Below are positions 26,244 to 39,420 of a stretch of 64,000 nt of DNA, one piece after another; position 1 is the stretch's first letter; every line of letters starts with the position of its first letter. A program made the translations under genes and the position numbers. The stretch is from Octopus sinensis (taxonomy: Eukaryota), in NCBI RefSeq assembly GCF_006345805.1, contig NC_043003.1, positions 80,166,001-80,230,000 of the forward strand, written 5' to 3'. The notes beneath the pieces were generated by a model, which was not told the DNA's origin, searched no databases, and saw nothing but the letters and a program-made list of their open reading frames with translations.

Positions 26244-27974
26244 AAACAACAAACAAGATGAGGACAAATATCCATCTAATATAAATAATGTAAATAAAGC
26301 CGAAATTATTGTTACTAGGTCAAATCCAGTATTTGTTCGCTACTTGAATATATCAACCCAAGATGGTTAAAACACAATGTTTGCCTCGGTGGAATTTCAA
26401 CGCAGAACTTCATGGTACGTAACGCAAAGCCGTACTGATTCTAATAATATAATTGTTCTTTAGAGTTTTATTTAATTTATACTATAGTCAATTAATTATA
26501 GCCACCTTATCCAAATCTGTTCCAAAGTTATTTGCTTCCAACCGAAGAACAAAATATATTTATATCATTTACGTAATATTGCAAATAATTTACGTAATAT
26601 TTACGTAATATTTCAAATAAAATGTAATAAACAACGCTTCTGAATGCCCAAGTCTTTAGTCCTATTTCTATTATAGCTTATCGTCACGTTTTGCTACCCA
26701 AATCAGCTGAGTATATTCAGGAGAATCAAACCATTACAGTTTTAAATTCCCTTGTTACAATGATATAGATTCCCGAATGTAGTCGAGCTGAAAGAAAATT
26801 TTTTGGGCTGGCAATGATTTTCAAAAAGCTACGAAGCTTTTCATGTTTTCATGCAAATTATCCTTTCATATAGTGCGACAATGGTCTGCTTGATAAAGAA
26901 CACTTGACGAATATTCGACATAAAATCTCTGTTGACTGATGTAGCAGTACTCTTCACTATATGCTGCTCGCATATTCATGATGATGTTTTAAATGTGCAT
27001 TCGTATTTTTAACTTAAATGTTATCTTCTGGAATGGCTATTGGGTTTTATGCAGTCTCTGAAGACAAAATTATAAGGAAATATACTGACAGTCCAGACTA
27101 ATCAAATAAAACAACACTAAATGTCCAGTTATTGAACTGATATCTACGATAAGAATGAGAAATATGTTTTGTATTTGCTGCCTCATGCGTGGAGTGAATA
27201 AAACGGCCTACTGCGAACGCATTCTGCATAACTTTAATGGTAGTATAATGAGATCTAAACTAATTGGAAAGTAGACTGATTTCTGAGAATGAATTTAAAG
27301 ATAGAATCAAATGCTATCGTTGGAGTGTGAAATAGATTTTATTAAATAGACTCACGATTTAAGAGGTTTTCGTTTATCACTGCTCATCATAGTTTATCAT
27401 CGTTTATCAAGCATTAATTAATGATGAGACTAACTTCTAACATATTTTTTGCTTTTATTTTACATTCGATGAATTTTAATATTCCATTTTTCTTTGCAAG
27501 TCAAGCCAGTTTAATGACTCAGTAATGATTTTGCAACAAGATTGTATCGCTATAATATCAGTATGATTTTGTAACAGGATCATAGTAGTTATTTATGCTT
27601 CGGTTCGGCGTAATATCTTGCCGTTACTGCCGTGTACTTCTCCTTAAACTTATACATAACAAATTTGATGCACTGAAATTAAAATACAAATTTATACCGT
27701 TGGTGAGTATCCATTTGACCTCCGTGAGAGCAACTCATCAAACAGATACAAAATTCTTGTAGACGCTCGTAAATGGCACGTTTTAATAAGTCTGAATGCC
27801 TGATTTAAACACACTAATAATTCTAATACTGGTGCGTTACTATATATCCTGATCATATTTTATATAGGAACAAACATGTTTGCAAAAGAAAACTGCTTAA
27901 TAACAACAGCAGGAACAACAACAATAAGAATAATAATAATAATGAGCGTTTCAAATTCTGACATAAGAGCGTTT

Positions 27975-28349
27975 CAAATTCAGCACATTCGTGGGAGATG
28001 GTTAAATAAATTACATCGATTCCATTGCGTAACTGGGACTTATTTTACCGATCCCGAATGATAAAGACGACCTCGGCAGAATTTGATCTCAGAAAGTAAA
28101 GGCGGACGAAATGCCTATTTCTTTACTACCCACAAGGGGCTAAACACAGAGAGGACAAACAAGGACAGACAAACGGATTAAGTCGATTATATCGACCACA
28201 GTGCGTAACTGGTACTTATTTAATCGACCCCGAAAGAATGAAAGGCAAAGTCGACCTCGGCGGAATTTAAACTCAGAACGTAGCGGCAGACGAAATGCCG
28301 CTAATCATTTTTCCCGGTATGCTAACGAATCTGTTCCCTCGCCGCCTCA

Positions 28350-28410
<61 letters not shown>

Positions 28411-28642
28411 TAATAATAATAATAATAATGAAGGTTTCAAATTTGGAGGTGGAATGGATAAGTCGATTTCGTCGACCCCATTGTTTCACTGGTACTTAAT
28501 TTATCGACCTAGAAAGGATGAAAGACGAAGTCAACCACGGCAGAATTAGACCTCAGAATGTAGCGGCCGACGAAGTACCACTAAGAATTTCGCCCGGTGT
28601 GCTAAAGATCCTACCAGTTCACCGTTTTCAATAATAATAATA

Positions 28643-28706
<64 letters not shown>

Positions 28707-28925
28707 TAATAATAATAATAATAATGAAGGTTTCAAATTTGGAGGTGGAATGGATAAGTCGATTTCGTCGACCCCATTGTTTCACTGGTACTTAATTTAT
28801 CGACCTAGAAAGGATGAAAGACGAAGTCAACCACGGCAGAATTAGACCTCAGAATGTAGCGGCCGACGAAGTACCACTAAGAATTTCGCCCGGTGTGCTA
28901 AAGATCCTACCAGTTCACCGTTTTC

Positions 28926-28983
<58 letters not shown>

Positions 28984-29237
28984 TTAACCATAATAATAAT
29001 CATAATAATAATAATAATCATGTTTTCAAATTTTGCGGCGACAAGGGTAGCTATTTTGGCAGAGGGGACGGGTCGATTGCATCAGCCCCTAGTGTTCAAC
29101 TGATACTTAATTTATCGAACCCGAGAGGACGAACAGCAAAGTCGACAGCGGAGGAATTTGAACTCAGAACGTCAAGGTGGACGAAATTCTGCTATGTATT
29201 TCGTCCAGAGTCCTAACGATTCTGCCAGTTCACCACT
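27975..29237 (-). mobile_element. Array of five SINE family B copies, mostly separated by (AAT)n
   Basis: Cores at about 28050, 28230, 28500, 28800 and 29120. Copies 28430-28630 and 28726-28926 are identical. Confidence 0.9.
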
Positions 29238-29250
29238 TTAATAATAATAG

Positions 29251-29332
29251 AAACACGTGTTGATCTATAGCTATATAAAACACTTGTTGGTCTATAGCCA
29301 TATAAAAACATGTGTTGGTGTATAGGCATATA
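29251..29332. repeat. 27-28 bp minisatellite, three copies
   Basis: aaacacgtgttgatctatagctatata / aaacacttgttggtctatagccatata / aaaacatgtgttggtgtataggcatata. Confidence 0.85.
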
Positions 29333-29339
29333 AATAATA

Positions 29340-32260
29340 CTTATTGAAAGTGTTGGACTGTATCCGAGTAAATAATACTCATTAAAATTTATTTCTATTT
29401 TCCAAATGAAATGTATTTTAACTGTGTATCATCCATCACTGGCACAATACTAGTAAACACTCTCACCACATTACGATCCAATCAGCATCAAACAATTTCC
29501 TTCCCTGATCACTATGTACAAGAAAGGAAAATTGAATACCCGTATTATTTAGCCCAAGGATAACACACGGGAAATACGTATTTCATACACGTTACACAAA
29601 AATTACGAAAACCTACACATGCGAAACCATTTAACACCAGAAATAAACGGACCGGTACCCTACAAAAATGATGACCATCAAAATAAAGGGCGGGGCGTTA
29701 TTCCTTACGTTCCATAGATAAAATACAAAGACGGACGTAACATCTCCAACAAAACCGAAGTAAACAACGAAAGATGATAAACCCAGGCCCTAGGAATGTA
29801 TAATGATGGGCGAAATGCACCAAACCCAACCACCAGAGGCAAAAATATGAACGGGAGGGAATATAGAACAAATCTAGAACCTGGAAACAACGAAGGTGAA
29901 ACTAATGATTTTGATACTCTAACAATGAGCATAATCAAAGACTTAAAAGCAACAGATCTCAGTATGGACCAGCAATTGTACCTCTCAAAAATTAAAATTG
30001 ATAATAAAACAACATGAACTAATAGCCACAGAAATAAATGTCAATGTGACCAGGCTAAATGATATAATGTATGCTGCAGCCTCTGTGACCACAAAAGAAG
30101 GTGGATATCCGCTAACACTTATCCAAACAAGAGCATCACACAGAAACAAATCCTGTGGATAAATAGTATCCAGAATAAATAGAAAATAAGATAAAGGATG
30201 TGTCAATCGCTAGAAGAAACTAGTAGACACTCACCACTACTAAGCAAGAATAAGAGAAGAAAAATACTACAGAAATCCAAATTACAAACAAGGTATACTT
30301 GAGGCAAAAGAATAGTTAAAGGAAGACATCCTTACCAAAGCACAATTGAATCCGCCGGTATCAGAAACGCCAACGATTCTTTGAACGAAACAGATATTTC
30401 AACTCTAACTCCAAAAGATTTTACTAAGAACATGGCAAAAATGAAACAGAGATTAATGCAGCACAAATAGCAAAAGAAGAGGAAGAATTTTGGAAAGAAA
30501 TATAGTCGGCGATTGAATAACCCCAGCAAAGTTCTATGAAAACAAGGAACACAGCACGTGAACAACTCTGTATCCCCAAAACAACTGAAGAAATCACTGA
30601 GGCATTGCAAAAACCAAGCAACTGGAAGGCACCGGGCAGGACAAGGTCCCCAGTTCCTAACTGGAACACACAAAAAGCTGGCTGAAAACTTAATGAAATG
30701 ATAACAGAGCCAGAGACAATTCCTGAATGGTTCACGGAAGGGAAAACTATCATAACTACTAAATCTACTTAAACACCAACCCACAAAATTACAGACCGAT
30801 AACTTTTCTCCCTAGAATTTACAAATCCTTTACTGCAATAATATTACAGAGAATGAGAAAACAATTGTAAGAAAACAATCTGTTTCCAGAAGAGCATAAG
30901 GGATACTGCAAGGGCTCATACGGCTGTAAAGACCAATAAAGCCATAACTGAAGATAGCCACAGAAAGAAGAAGTGTCTAAGTATGGCCTGGATAGATTAT
31001 CGAAAGGCGTTTGATAGTATTCCCCACACAAGGTTCCTAGAAATATTAGCCCTGAACAAGGTAGCACTAATAATCATAAAAATATATAAAACATTTCATG
31101 AAAAAATGGCTGAGTGTTACATCTCCAGACAAAAGAGGGACTAAGAAAAAACCAAAGCCATTCCCATTAGGAGAGGAATATTCCAGGGAGACACGCTCTC
31201 TCCACTCCTTTTCTGCTTGGCACTGGCACCGTTATCTGACATGCTATGCAGTACTGGATGTGGATACAAATGTTACAGCAAAACAATCAGCCGCCTCTTA
31301 TATATGAATGATCTAAAACTGAACGCTACATATGATAAACAGCTGGAAACATTACTACAGACAATACGTGGATCTACCAAAGAAATAAACATGAAATTTG
31401 AATTAGAAAAATGTGCCAAGGCAACCATGAAAAGAGGAAAACTAGTTAAGAGTAGCAAAATCACAATAGATAAAGCAAATGAAATATGAGAATTAAACTA
31501 AAGCCAGACATACAAATATTTAGGAATCAATGAACTAGATACGATACAACGCACACAAATGAACGAGAATATAAGAAAAGAAGACTATAGACGAGTTAGA
31601 TTAATACTAAAAACAGAGTTCAATTCGAAAATCAACATAATAGCTATCAACACTCTAGCCGACACAGTTATAAGTTACAGCTACAATATTCTTAACTGGA
31701 CCCTAAATGAACTAATGGAAATATACAGTTAAACAACCAAAATAATGATAGGAAGCATCACCCAAAATCTGACATAGGACAGTTATATGTACAATGTATT
31801 GAAGGTGGGAGAGGCTAGAAAACTATTATACAATAACCACCATAGGACTACAGAACCTACTTTAAAAACAAGGAAAACTAATACAAAATAACCACAAACC
31901 AGGAACAAAGCAAAAAACTGTTTTCAGTCTTTAAGGAAGCTGACAAATAAAAAAAAGTCATAGCACCTAACAACTACGAAGAAAAAGAAGAAACAACGAA
32001 AGCTGTGAAACAACTGTAATCCGAACTAAAACTGGAACAGCAACGGATCATGATAAAATGATGGCAAGAAAAGCTCCTTCATGGAAAATACTGGATTAAA
32101 CTAAACAGAAAACGTCCGAGAATCTCAGGACTCAAAGCAGAGACTGAAGGATTTTTTTTTATTGCAGCACAAGATCAAATGCTTTCCACCAGAAATCACC
32201 AAACACATGTAATAAACAGAAATACGACTGCAGAATATGTGGACAAGAACGAATAAATTA
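29340..32260 (+). mobile_element. R4/Dong-clade non-LTR retrotransposon, degenerate and 3'-truncated
   Basis: RT motifs GYCKGSYGCKDQ, SMAWIDYRKAFDSIPH, RGIFQGDTLS, LLYMNDLKL, FELEKCAK, YKYLG. Colinear with 55777-59391; many stops and frameshifts. Confidence 0.92.
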
Positions 32261-32269
32261 TATTGTTTT

Positions 32270-32435
32270 ATTATTACACGTTCTGAGTTTAAATTACGTC
32301 GAGATCGACTGCACCTTTCATTCTTTCGGGGTCGATAAATTCAGTATCAGTGAGGCACCGGGGTCGAATTTAATCGATTAACCCCTCCCCACAAATTTCA
32401 GGTCTTGTGACTTTAATAGAAAGGATTATTATTAT
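32270..32435 (+). mobile_element. SINE family B with (ATT)n tail
   Basis: gttctgagtttaaatt...ctttcggggtcgataaatt...gaaaggattattattatt. Confidence 0.85.
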
Positions 32436-32436
32436 T

Positions 32437-32945
32437 ATTGAGTGAGAGAGCAGTTCATGCCATCAAAGTGACACTGGAGTAAAATATACGAAGCCCGGTA
32501 TACCCATCATGACTATTCGTCTGATAAGGGTACACTAAGCATATGCATCACAACCATATGTGCGCGACATCTTGATCTCATATCAAGATAAACATCACAT
32601 GACCTTGCAGGTGGGGCCCAGTTAGAATTTTCTTCTGGTCGAGTAACCCATCCTACTCAAAAGGTCCCTGAATAAGGGTTGTTTAAGGATGTTGAACGAA
32701 CCACCCATGTTTCCAGAGGTGAATTATTCAAACCCCAAAGAATCCCTCTCAACACATGGCTATGATGCTTCCCCACTACTTCTGTTCGTGATCAGAGATG
32801 CACATATCGTCAGCCACTAAGGGATATGCTCAACAGGTTAAGGTGAAGCAAACGACAAGCAAATCTGTGGTATTGAGCAGAATATTTGATGTAACCCATA
32901 TTTTATACCAAGACAAAACAATGTATATGATAACACTTCGAATCA
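32437..32945 (+). repeat. Interspersed repeat of unassigned class (partial inverted copy at 37670-37830)
   Basis: aaatctgtggtattgagcagaatattt and flanks occur as reverse complement at 37680-37830. Confidence 0.65.
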
Positions 32946-32989
32946 GTTAAGATTAGAAGTCAGCCCCCAACAAAACAGAACAGAAATGT

Positions 32990-34590
32990 CCATGGAGTTC
33001 CAGGTTTTGGTAGCTCCGGAAGAAGTGCATACTATCCCGGACATTTTCTATTTCAGAGAGTGTGAGTAGACGTGGTTGGTCGTGAAGGGTAGGAAATGCA
33101 GGTGTTACATCTGTTGCAAAACTTTCCACTTAAAGGCCTTCTGCCCCACTGTGGAGGAGTCGCGAGAGGTGCCTCACGCTGCTCCAATTTTCCCAACGCG
33201 AAATACTTTACAATCCCAAAAAGTAAGGCAGCGGCAACCACAACGTCAAACACTGGAACAGAGAGACAATAAGGGAGTAAGAAACCCTACTGACTCCTTG
33301 GATATTAAAGGGGTCCCAGATGAGACAAAAACCACTCGAATGGGTAATCGCTGAGCGACCCTCAAAGGGGAAGAAAGGAAGTGAAAATACAGATGTAACC
33401 CCTGAACTCTCAAAAGTTTGTGGGCATGAATCTGAGTAGCTTTACGGCAGCCAACCTTGAAAACGCCGCAACGAACCTCGAAACGAAATCTGCAAGTCAA
33501 CAGCCTCAGACTCTTCTTTTGTTTCGTCCTCTCCTCCTTCAATGGCAATTCTAAGAATAAGTTGAATAAATCCTCGTGGCCTGAGGCTTATAGGTCTGCA
33601 ACTAGGGTCTTGGAGAAGCAGGTCAACAAGTAGCGATTTCTGTGAAATCACTACTGTGAAAGTGCTCCGAGTCTGGTTCGGACAAGATCTCCAGTAAATA
33701 GGAACTGCGAAGATGTCATAAATACGGTGGTCAGGCTCACCCAGAAATGGGCAGAAAGGAAGCTGTCTCAAAGGGCTGGGCTGAAGTTGTGAATGCATGT
33801 ATCGCCTCGGTCGTGTGCTACCACCTAGCTGTCGTACCTTGCTCCAAGAAGACTCTGACCAGATTGAAGCGGTTGCTTTTTTGACATCGAACGATCAGGT
33901 TACGCTGGTCAGAACAGCTACTGTTAACACCCACACCGGGGTGGTTTTGGGATGTCATCCTTAATGGTGCAACGTCGCGCTTTGAGACTGTCGCACCTAC
34001 AGAGATATCTAGATCACTGCAATGATGTAGACGTCGACGACCAAAATAAAGGTGAACTGTTGTGGGTGTCTTTCGTGCGACACGTCTTTCCGCAGCTTAT
34101 CTCATTGACAGAGCTGCAGTCGTGGTTCAGACGTAGGCCAAGGTTGGGCGTCTGGCATCTAGAGGGTTGCCAGTTGCTCACTGCATTGTACCGGCTACCC
34201 AAAACCGTTAGTGGGAAAACAACCAAAGATTTCTATAGGAGGCTAGTTGAGGGCAGGAGTGAATCTAGGCATCGACGAGAACAGTCTGACTAGTCTCTTC
34301 CAGAGGTCTTTCGATTCGAAGAACATGGAAAATTTCCAAATGTTTTTGGCTTGGCAGTGCTGTAGAGGGTCATTGCCCGTTCGAGACAAGTCCTTCAAGC
34401 ACGGAAATGCCAACAGCCGAACCTGCCTGATATGCTTTCAAGGGCACGAAACCATCCTGTATGCAATAATTCAGTGTCCGTGATTTAGAGAGTTGTCGGA
34501 TTTTGTGGAGCAGCTGTGGTCGCGTGTAAGACGCGAAAAGGGGACTGCACTCATGAATGTCATGGCTTCTTAGAGATATACTGAGCAGCA
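32990..34590 (+). mobile_element. Tx1/L1-like LINE, internally deleted
   Basis: ORF1 zinc knuckle CYICCKTFHLKAFCP. ORF2 pieces VLRVWFGQDLQ, AEVVNACIASVVCYHLAVVP, HPHRGGFGM..L..QRRALRLSHLQRYLD, LPVRDKSF...CLICFQGHETILYAIIQCP. Confidence 0.8.
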
Positions 34591-36015
34591 TTTCCAATAT
34601 GTTCTTTCCTTATTTAAGATGAAACATTGAAAAAATTAAGGAGGGTTTGGTTTAGTATTTCAGGAAAGTCACGCGACTAAGTGAGTATTATTTAATAACG
34701 CGGCTGTATTATTCGGGAAATATTGACTGACGAAATGATTATTTCAAATGTCATTAAATACAAAGAAAGTACCTTCCGAAAGACGGGTTTAGTTAATTAC
34801 TCAATTATTCCAATGTATAATTAGAAACACTGTAAATCTTATATCACAACATGTGTGAATGAATGGCTTAGACAAATCTATTGGGTAAAGCCGTACACTC
34901 TGCAGCTGCGCGTGGTTTCAGTTTTGTTTCTATGGTGTGATACAATGAGCAAGCACCTTCTGCTATGCCAGTGCCGGGGGGGGGGGTAAATTTGATTGAC
35001 GGAAAATCTGCAGAATTCCCTCGCATATATGTGAACTGTCATTCCGCTTGCATTTATATCTTACAGATTCATAACTGATGCTGGTTTCGTTTCGTTCGCA
35101 ATATTTAGATCTTTGGAAAGTAGAAATCGTTTGAAAAAATTACCAGATTTAAAAATAAGTACAGGAGGGTGATTTGATGGACTAAACCATTCGAAATGGT
35201 AAACCAGCATGGTCATAGCCGATTGTGTGAAATAAATATACAAGTAAAAGTATAAAACATACCAATGATTCTAATAGTTCTAACTTACAAATAAGCCGTT
35301 TCTATAGCATATAGGGCTAGTGAGAACCTTTTGGAGAAAAAATGGGTATTTGACACGTATAAGGAATGGGTAGAGCGTATAACAATACTACCTTAAGTAA
35401 TATAAAAACACACAACATATAGGAGAGTAATGATCGTCATACTCGTAAAAATGTGAAATGTATAAATTACATCATTATTTCAATCAATAAATTCAGAATG
35501 AATTAGTTGTGCTTAACATTACACCTAACTTGATTATAATTCTAGAATGTTTCCTACATTCAACTGAAAATTATAGTATTGAATTCTGGTAAGGTTAAAA
35601 ACAATGTATATTCTTGTGGGATTTTAAATCAGAAAAGATTTAGCATATCACAAGAGTATATTTAATTTCTAACGTTGTTAAATAAACAGGAAATGGAAAG
35701 ATATAAATGAATGAATCATAATAGGCAAAGAATACACAATCAATCCCTAAGGAGGAGAATTCTCTCTAATTGAGGTAAGAGATTTTTTCATTTTCCATTA
35801 GCAATGATGAAACAAAGCTAGAGACGATGTATTCAGAAGATGGAGACGAACATTTGGGAGTTAAGCAGATGTTGTGTTTTTTTATTGTGAGGAAAACAAA
35901 ACTAGATGGAATTGTTAAATAGTTAAGAAAACTGTCAGACTTAAATATTAATAACTGGAACAGATCTATTCTGCTCCCATTATCTTTCTTCCTCTGCCAT
36001 TCTCTCTCGATTTTG

Positions 36016-36017
<2 letters not shown>

Positions 36018-36101
<84 letters not shown>
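36018..36101. repeat. (CA)n(TA)n microsatellite
   Basis: Direct reading. Confidence 0.97.
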
Positions 36102-36105
<4 letters not shown>

Positions 36106-36599
36106 TACTTATATACACTCAAACAAACCATACACTCAAATAGTTTCAAAAGACCTTGCATAGTTTTTCTGTGATGCATCGCCTGTAATTTTCCTAAAGT
36201 TGTGTGTATGCGCGTGGGTGTGTAAGAGAGGAGGCTCGGGTCTTTCAATACCAGAACTCTTCACCCAATTCTTCTAGCTCAATTGCTCAATTTTCATCCC
36301 CTTTCCCACTAGCAAAATGCCAACGACTTTCTCAAACCATTTTAACTTATTCTGTTGCTTCAGTTATGAAATCATTTATGCAACATTTGAGAGTTTGCCT
36401 AAATGATTCGAAACCAACGGAGTTTTTTGTAAAGTGATCATGCCACAAACCTCCAGCAGCCCACTGTGATTAGCTACCAACATCTTCACTAACTTCGGTT
36501 TCTGCATTGCATCACTGAATCCGAATGTTTATTTAGCTTCTAATGATCATTCTCATCATATGCATCGCAAGGAACAGTGAACTTCTATATGATTACATA

Positions 36600-37480
36600 G
36601 TAGTATCTGAGACGATCATGTACAGCGGATCGATGATTCTACGATTAAAGAACTTTAGTTGTTTAGCCGATCCCATCCTAGCTGCTGTAAAGTAATAAAA
36701 ATAGAGATATTGTTCGTTGCAGTGAACAAGGCTTCTCTCGAATTTTAAAAAGATGGATGCTTTCCTCATCGAAAGGTGTTTACTGAACTGAATAGTTCTA
36801 ATCTTCTTCAAGGGGTGTTTAAAGGATTTCTCTTCCATTACACATTGAGTAGAAGAACGTTGTAATCCTCCTGTAGGTGTGTCGAATTTTGGGGATCGGT
36901 AAGGTGTCGTAGACAGCCTATGTGAAGAATGGGATTCGTTATCGGTCAGCCAAAATTTCTACTTAGTGTTTTTCAGCTTCTGAATGTTGTCCAATTCTTT
37001 TCGATCGACTGGCGCCATATTGTTTACCAGTGATTCATTCAATCCTGCTCATGCTTTTTTGGAGAAACTGTTGGACGTTTTCTATTTCACCCATTTCTCA
37101 ATTTGCTCGCCTCCATCATCAGCACATCGTTGTAGACCTGTTCAGGTCTCAATGCCAGTTGCTGCTACTTTAGAGTCCTAGGAGTTTCTGTATTGCAATG
37201 TTTATCTCGTTCGAGTCGTCACAGAATTCTTCCAAGCGTTCATTGAACTTCAGATGTAAGGTGAGAGTAGATCAGCACAGTCCAATACTGCTTACTTTCC
37301 TTGGCAGGTCAAGCCCCACCTCAAGTAGCTGTTGAACTTCGTTGTTGGGGTTACCCTATTTGGCACACTGAAATATTGCATTTGTGTTACGGCTGAAACA
37401 CATTTGATAAGAGGTCAACATGATCAGAAGGTTGCATTACCATGTTTAACATTGGTAAAGCCTATGTATCATCTAAGGAT
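36600..37480 (-). mobile_element. Highly degenerate HERO-like (REL-type) non-LTR retrotransposon fragment
   Basis: Minus-strand conceptual peptides LDLPRKVSSIGLC*STLTLHLKF..LEEF and RIPFF.AVYDTLP resemble the HERO-clade motifs WLGLPRSLSSIALYG...LQLP...EEFK and RI.FL..AVYDVLPSP. Confidence 0.55.
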
Positions 37481-39199
37481 AACACGGTGTAACAAAGTTT
37501 TTTGTCGTGGTCAGTAAGTCTTATTTCCTATTTGCTTCAATCTAGAAATCAAAGAAAATGAATACTCTTCGTTTCACACCTTGCTTTTGCGAATTAGACA
37601 TCAGTGGTTTGAAGCTGATCTATTTTTCATTACATTTCAGATTCCGCAGTGAGTAACTGAAGCCGAAATATCGTTGTTGAAAATATTCTGCTCAATACCA
37701 CAGATTTACTCCTCACTTACTTGACCTTAACCACGTGAGCATGTCCCTTAGTGACAGATAATACATGCATCTTTGATGACAGATCATGAGCAGGAGCAGA
37801 GGTGGAGGAACATTATAGCCATGCGTTGAGATCGATTTTTTGGTTTTGAATACATGTAACAAAAGTAATTTCTTGAGGAAATTTTAACTATTTTTCATAA
37901 TTTCTTCAGGTGAGGCAATAGGAAATAATAGTTGCTATTCAAGGACAAAAATCGTGATACTCAGTGTAACATAACAAACAATTGACAGCAAAGAGCTTGA
38001 TACAGTGTACCTAGAAGAAAATACAGTAGGTTTACGGTTTCGATATAATTTATCCTTTGCTGATCAATCACGGGTGACTTGAAACTAACAAAAATAACAA
38101 TAATAACAACAAGGCTGGTCAAAATTGATTCGTTACACTCCAATATTTTATCATGGAATTCACACATCTTTTTTTTTTATCGAAGACACGTTATTGAATT
38201 GAATTACAGTCAACATAACGTAGGTCGATGACTAATTGATATTCTATCGATTTTCCTTAATTTTTCAAAATCAAATTATTAATATTTAAATTATTCAATC
38301 TTGAAATATAAACATATGTGGATTTACACGATTCATATAACCAATATCGTAAATATTATTAATTTTAGCGAGTGTGATTGCAAACACTTTGCTCGTCAGT
38401 TGTTGAGATTAATGATGATGATAATTTGCATTGATTGAAATAGGATAATTAAAACAAGATAATAAATAAACATTAAATATATATGTATATCGCATATAAA
38501 TGTAACTGAAAGACTGATATAAACTAATATTATAAAAGTTAAGAAACTTTTACAACATATTATCGAAAATTCTCTTAAAGCTTATAATATATTCTGTCGG
38601 ACTAAAATTTTGATTTTTAATGTTACAGAATCATATTTTTTTACAAGAAACCATAACTTTTCCATTTTGTTTAATATTTTCTTCTGATTTTATTAGAGGT
38701 TATCGAGAATATAACATACGATGTGCACTTCCACTGGCCGAGCTGACGGACAATGAGTGGCGAAAAAAATTAGGTCTGAAATATTGGCATAAGTAATGGG
38801 CGAAACGTTTTGAATTGCAATGTTTAATTAAACTAAGGTAGTTTTAAACTTGCTAAAATTATACTGCACCATAGTGAAATAAAATTTATATGGAATCAAA
38901 ATCTATTTTATATTCTCATTAATTAAGAAAAGGGAGCTCGAAAATATCATAAATAATATTTTGTGCGTTTGGGTGAGGTGCAAATACTTTGAGTTTTCTT
39001 ATTTCTAGATAAAAGTATATACTCACAATTTAAATTCAAAATTATGAGAAAACAACATTCGAGCAGTACTCGTAAGCCCATGACGAAACTATTGATATTC
39101 ATTAAATATATACATTTACACATACACACATGCATGTATATATATATACGACGAACTCTCCCGTATGAAGTTCGGCTTTTGCCATATAATCTCCACAGA

Positions 39200-39420
39200 T
39201 GATTTGTTTATAGTGATGAAATATATATGCCGTGCATTAGCTCACTCCCACCACAAAGTCGACGTTGCATGAGCAGGTGCGCAGTGTACCACACGGCGGG
39301 TGTCGAAGTGATAGCAGAGCAACGTGAGATGAAGTGCTTTGCTCAAGAACATAATGCACTACTAAGTTAAGGAATTGAAAACACGATCGCAACACATTAA
39401 CAACTAGGCCAAGCGTTCTT
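39200..39420 (-). mobile_element. Degenerate SINE related to family D
   Basis: gcaacgtgagatgaagtgctttgctcaagaacataatgc matches the trimer units at 16611-17336. Confidence 0.6.

Larger units (their letters stand above)
25745..26295. mobile_element. Divergent inverted pair of a Penelope-pLTR-like repeat around (ATT/AAC/GAT/AAT)n
   Basis: 25785-25925 is the reverse complement of 26148-26295 at high identity. Each arm carries a minimal HHR motif. Confidence 0.85.
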
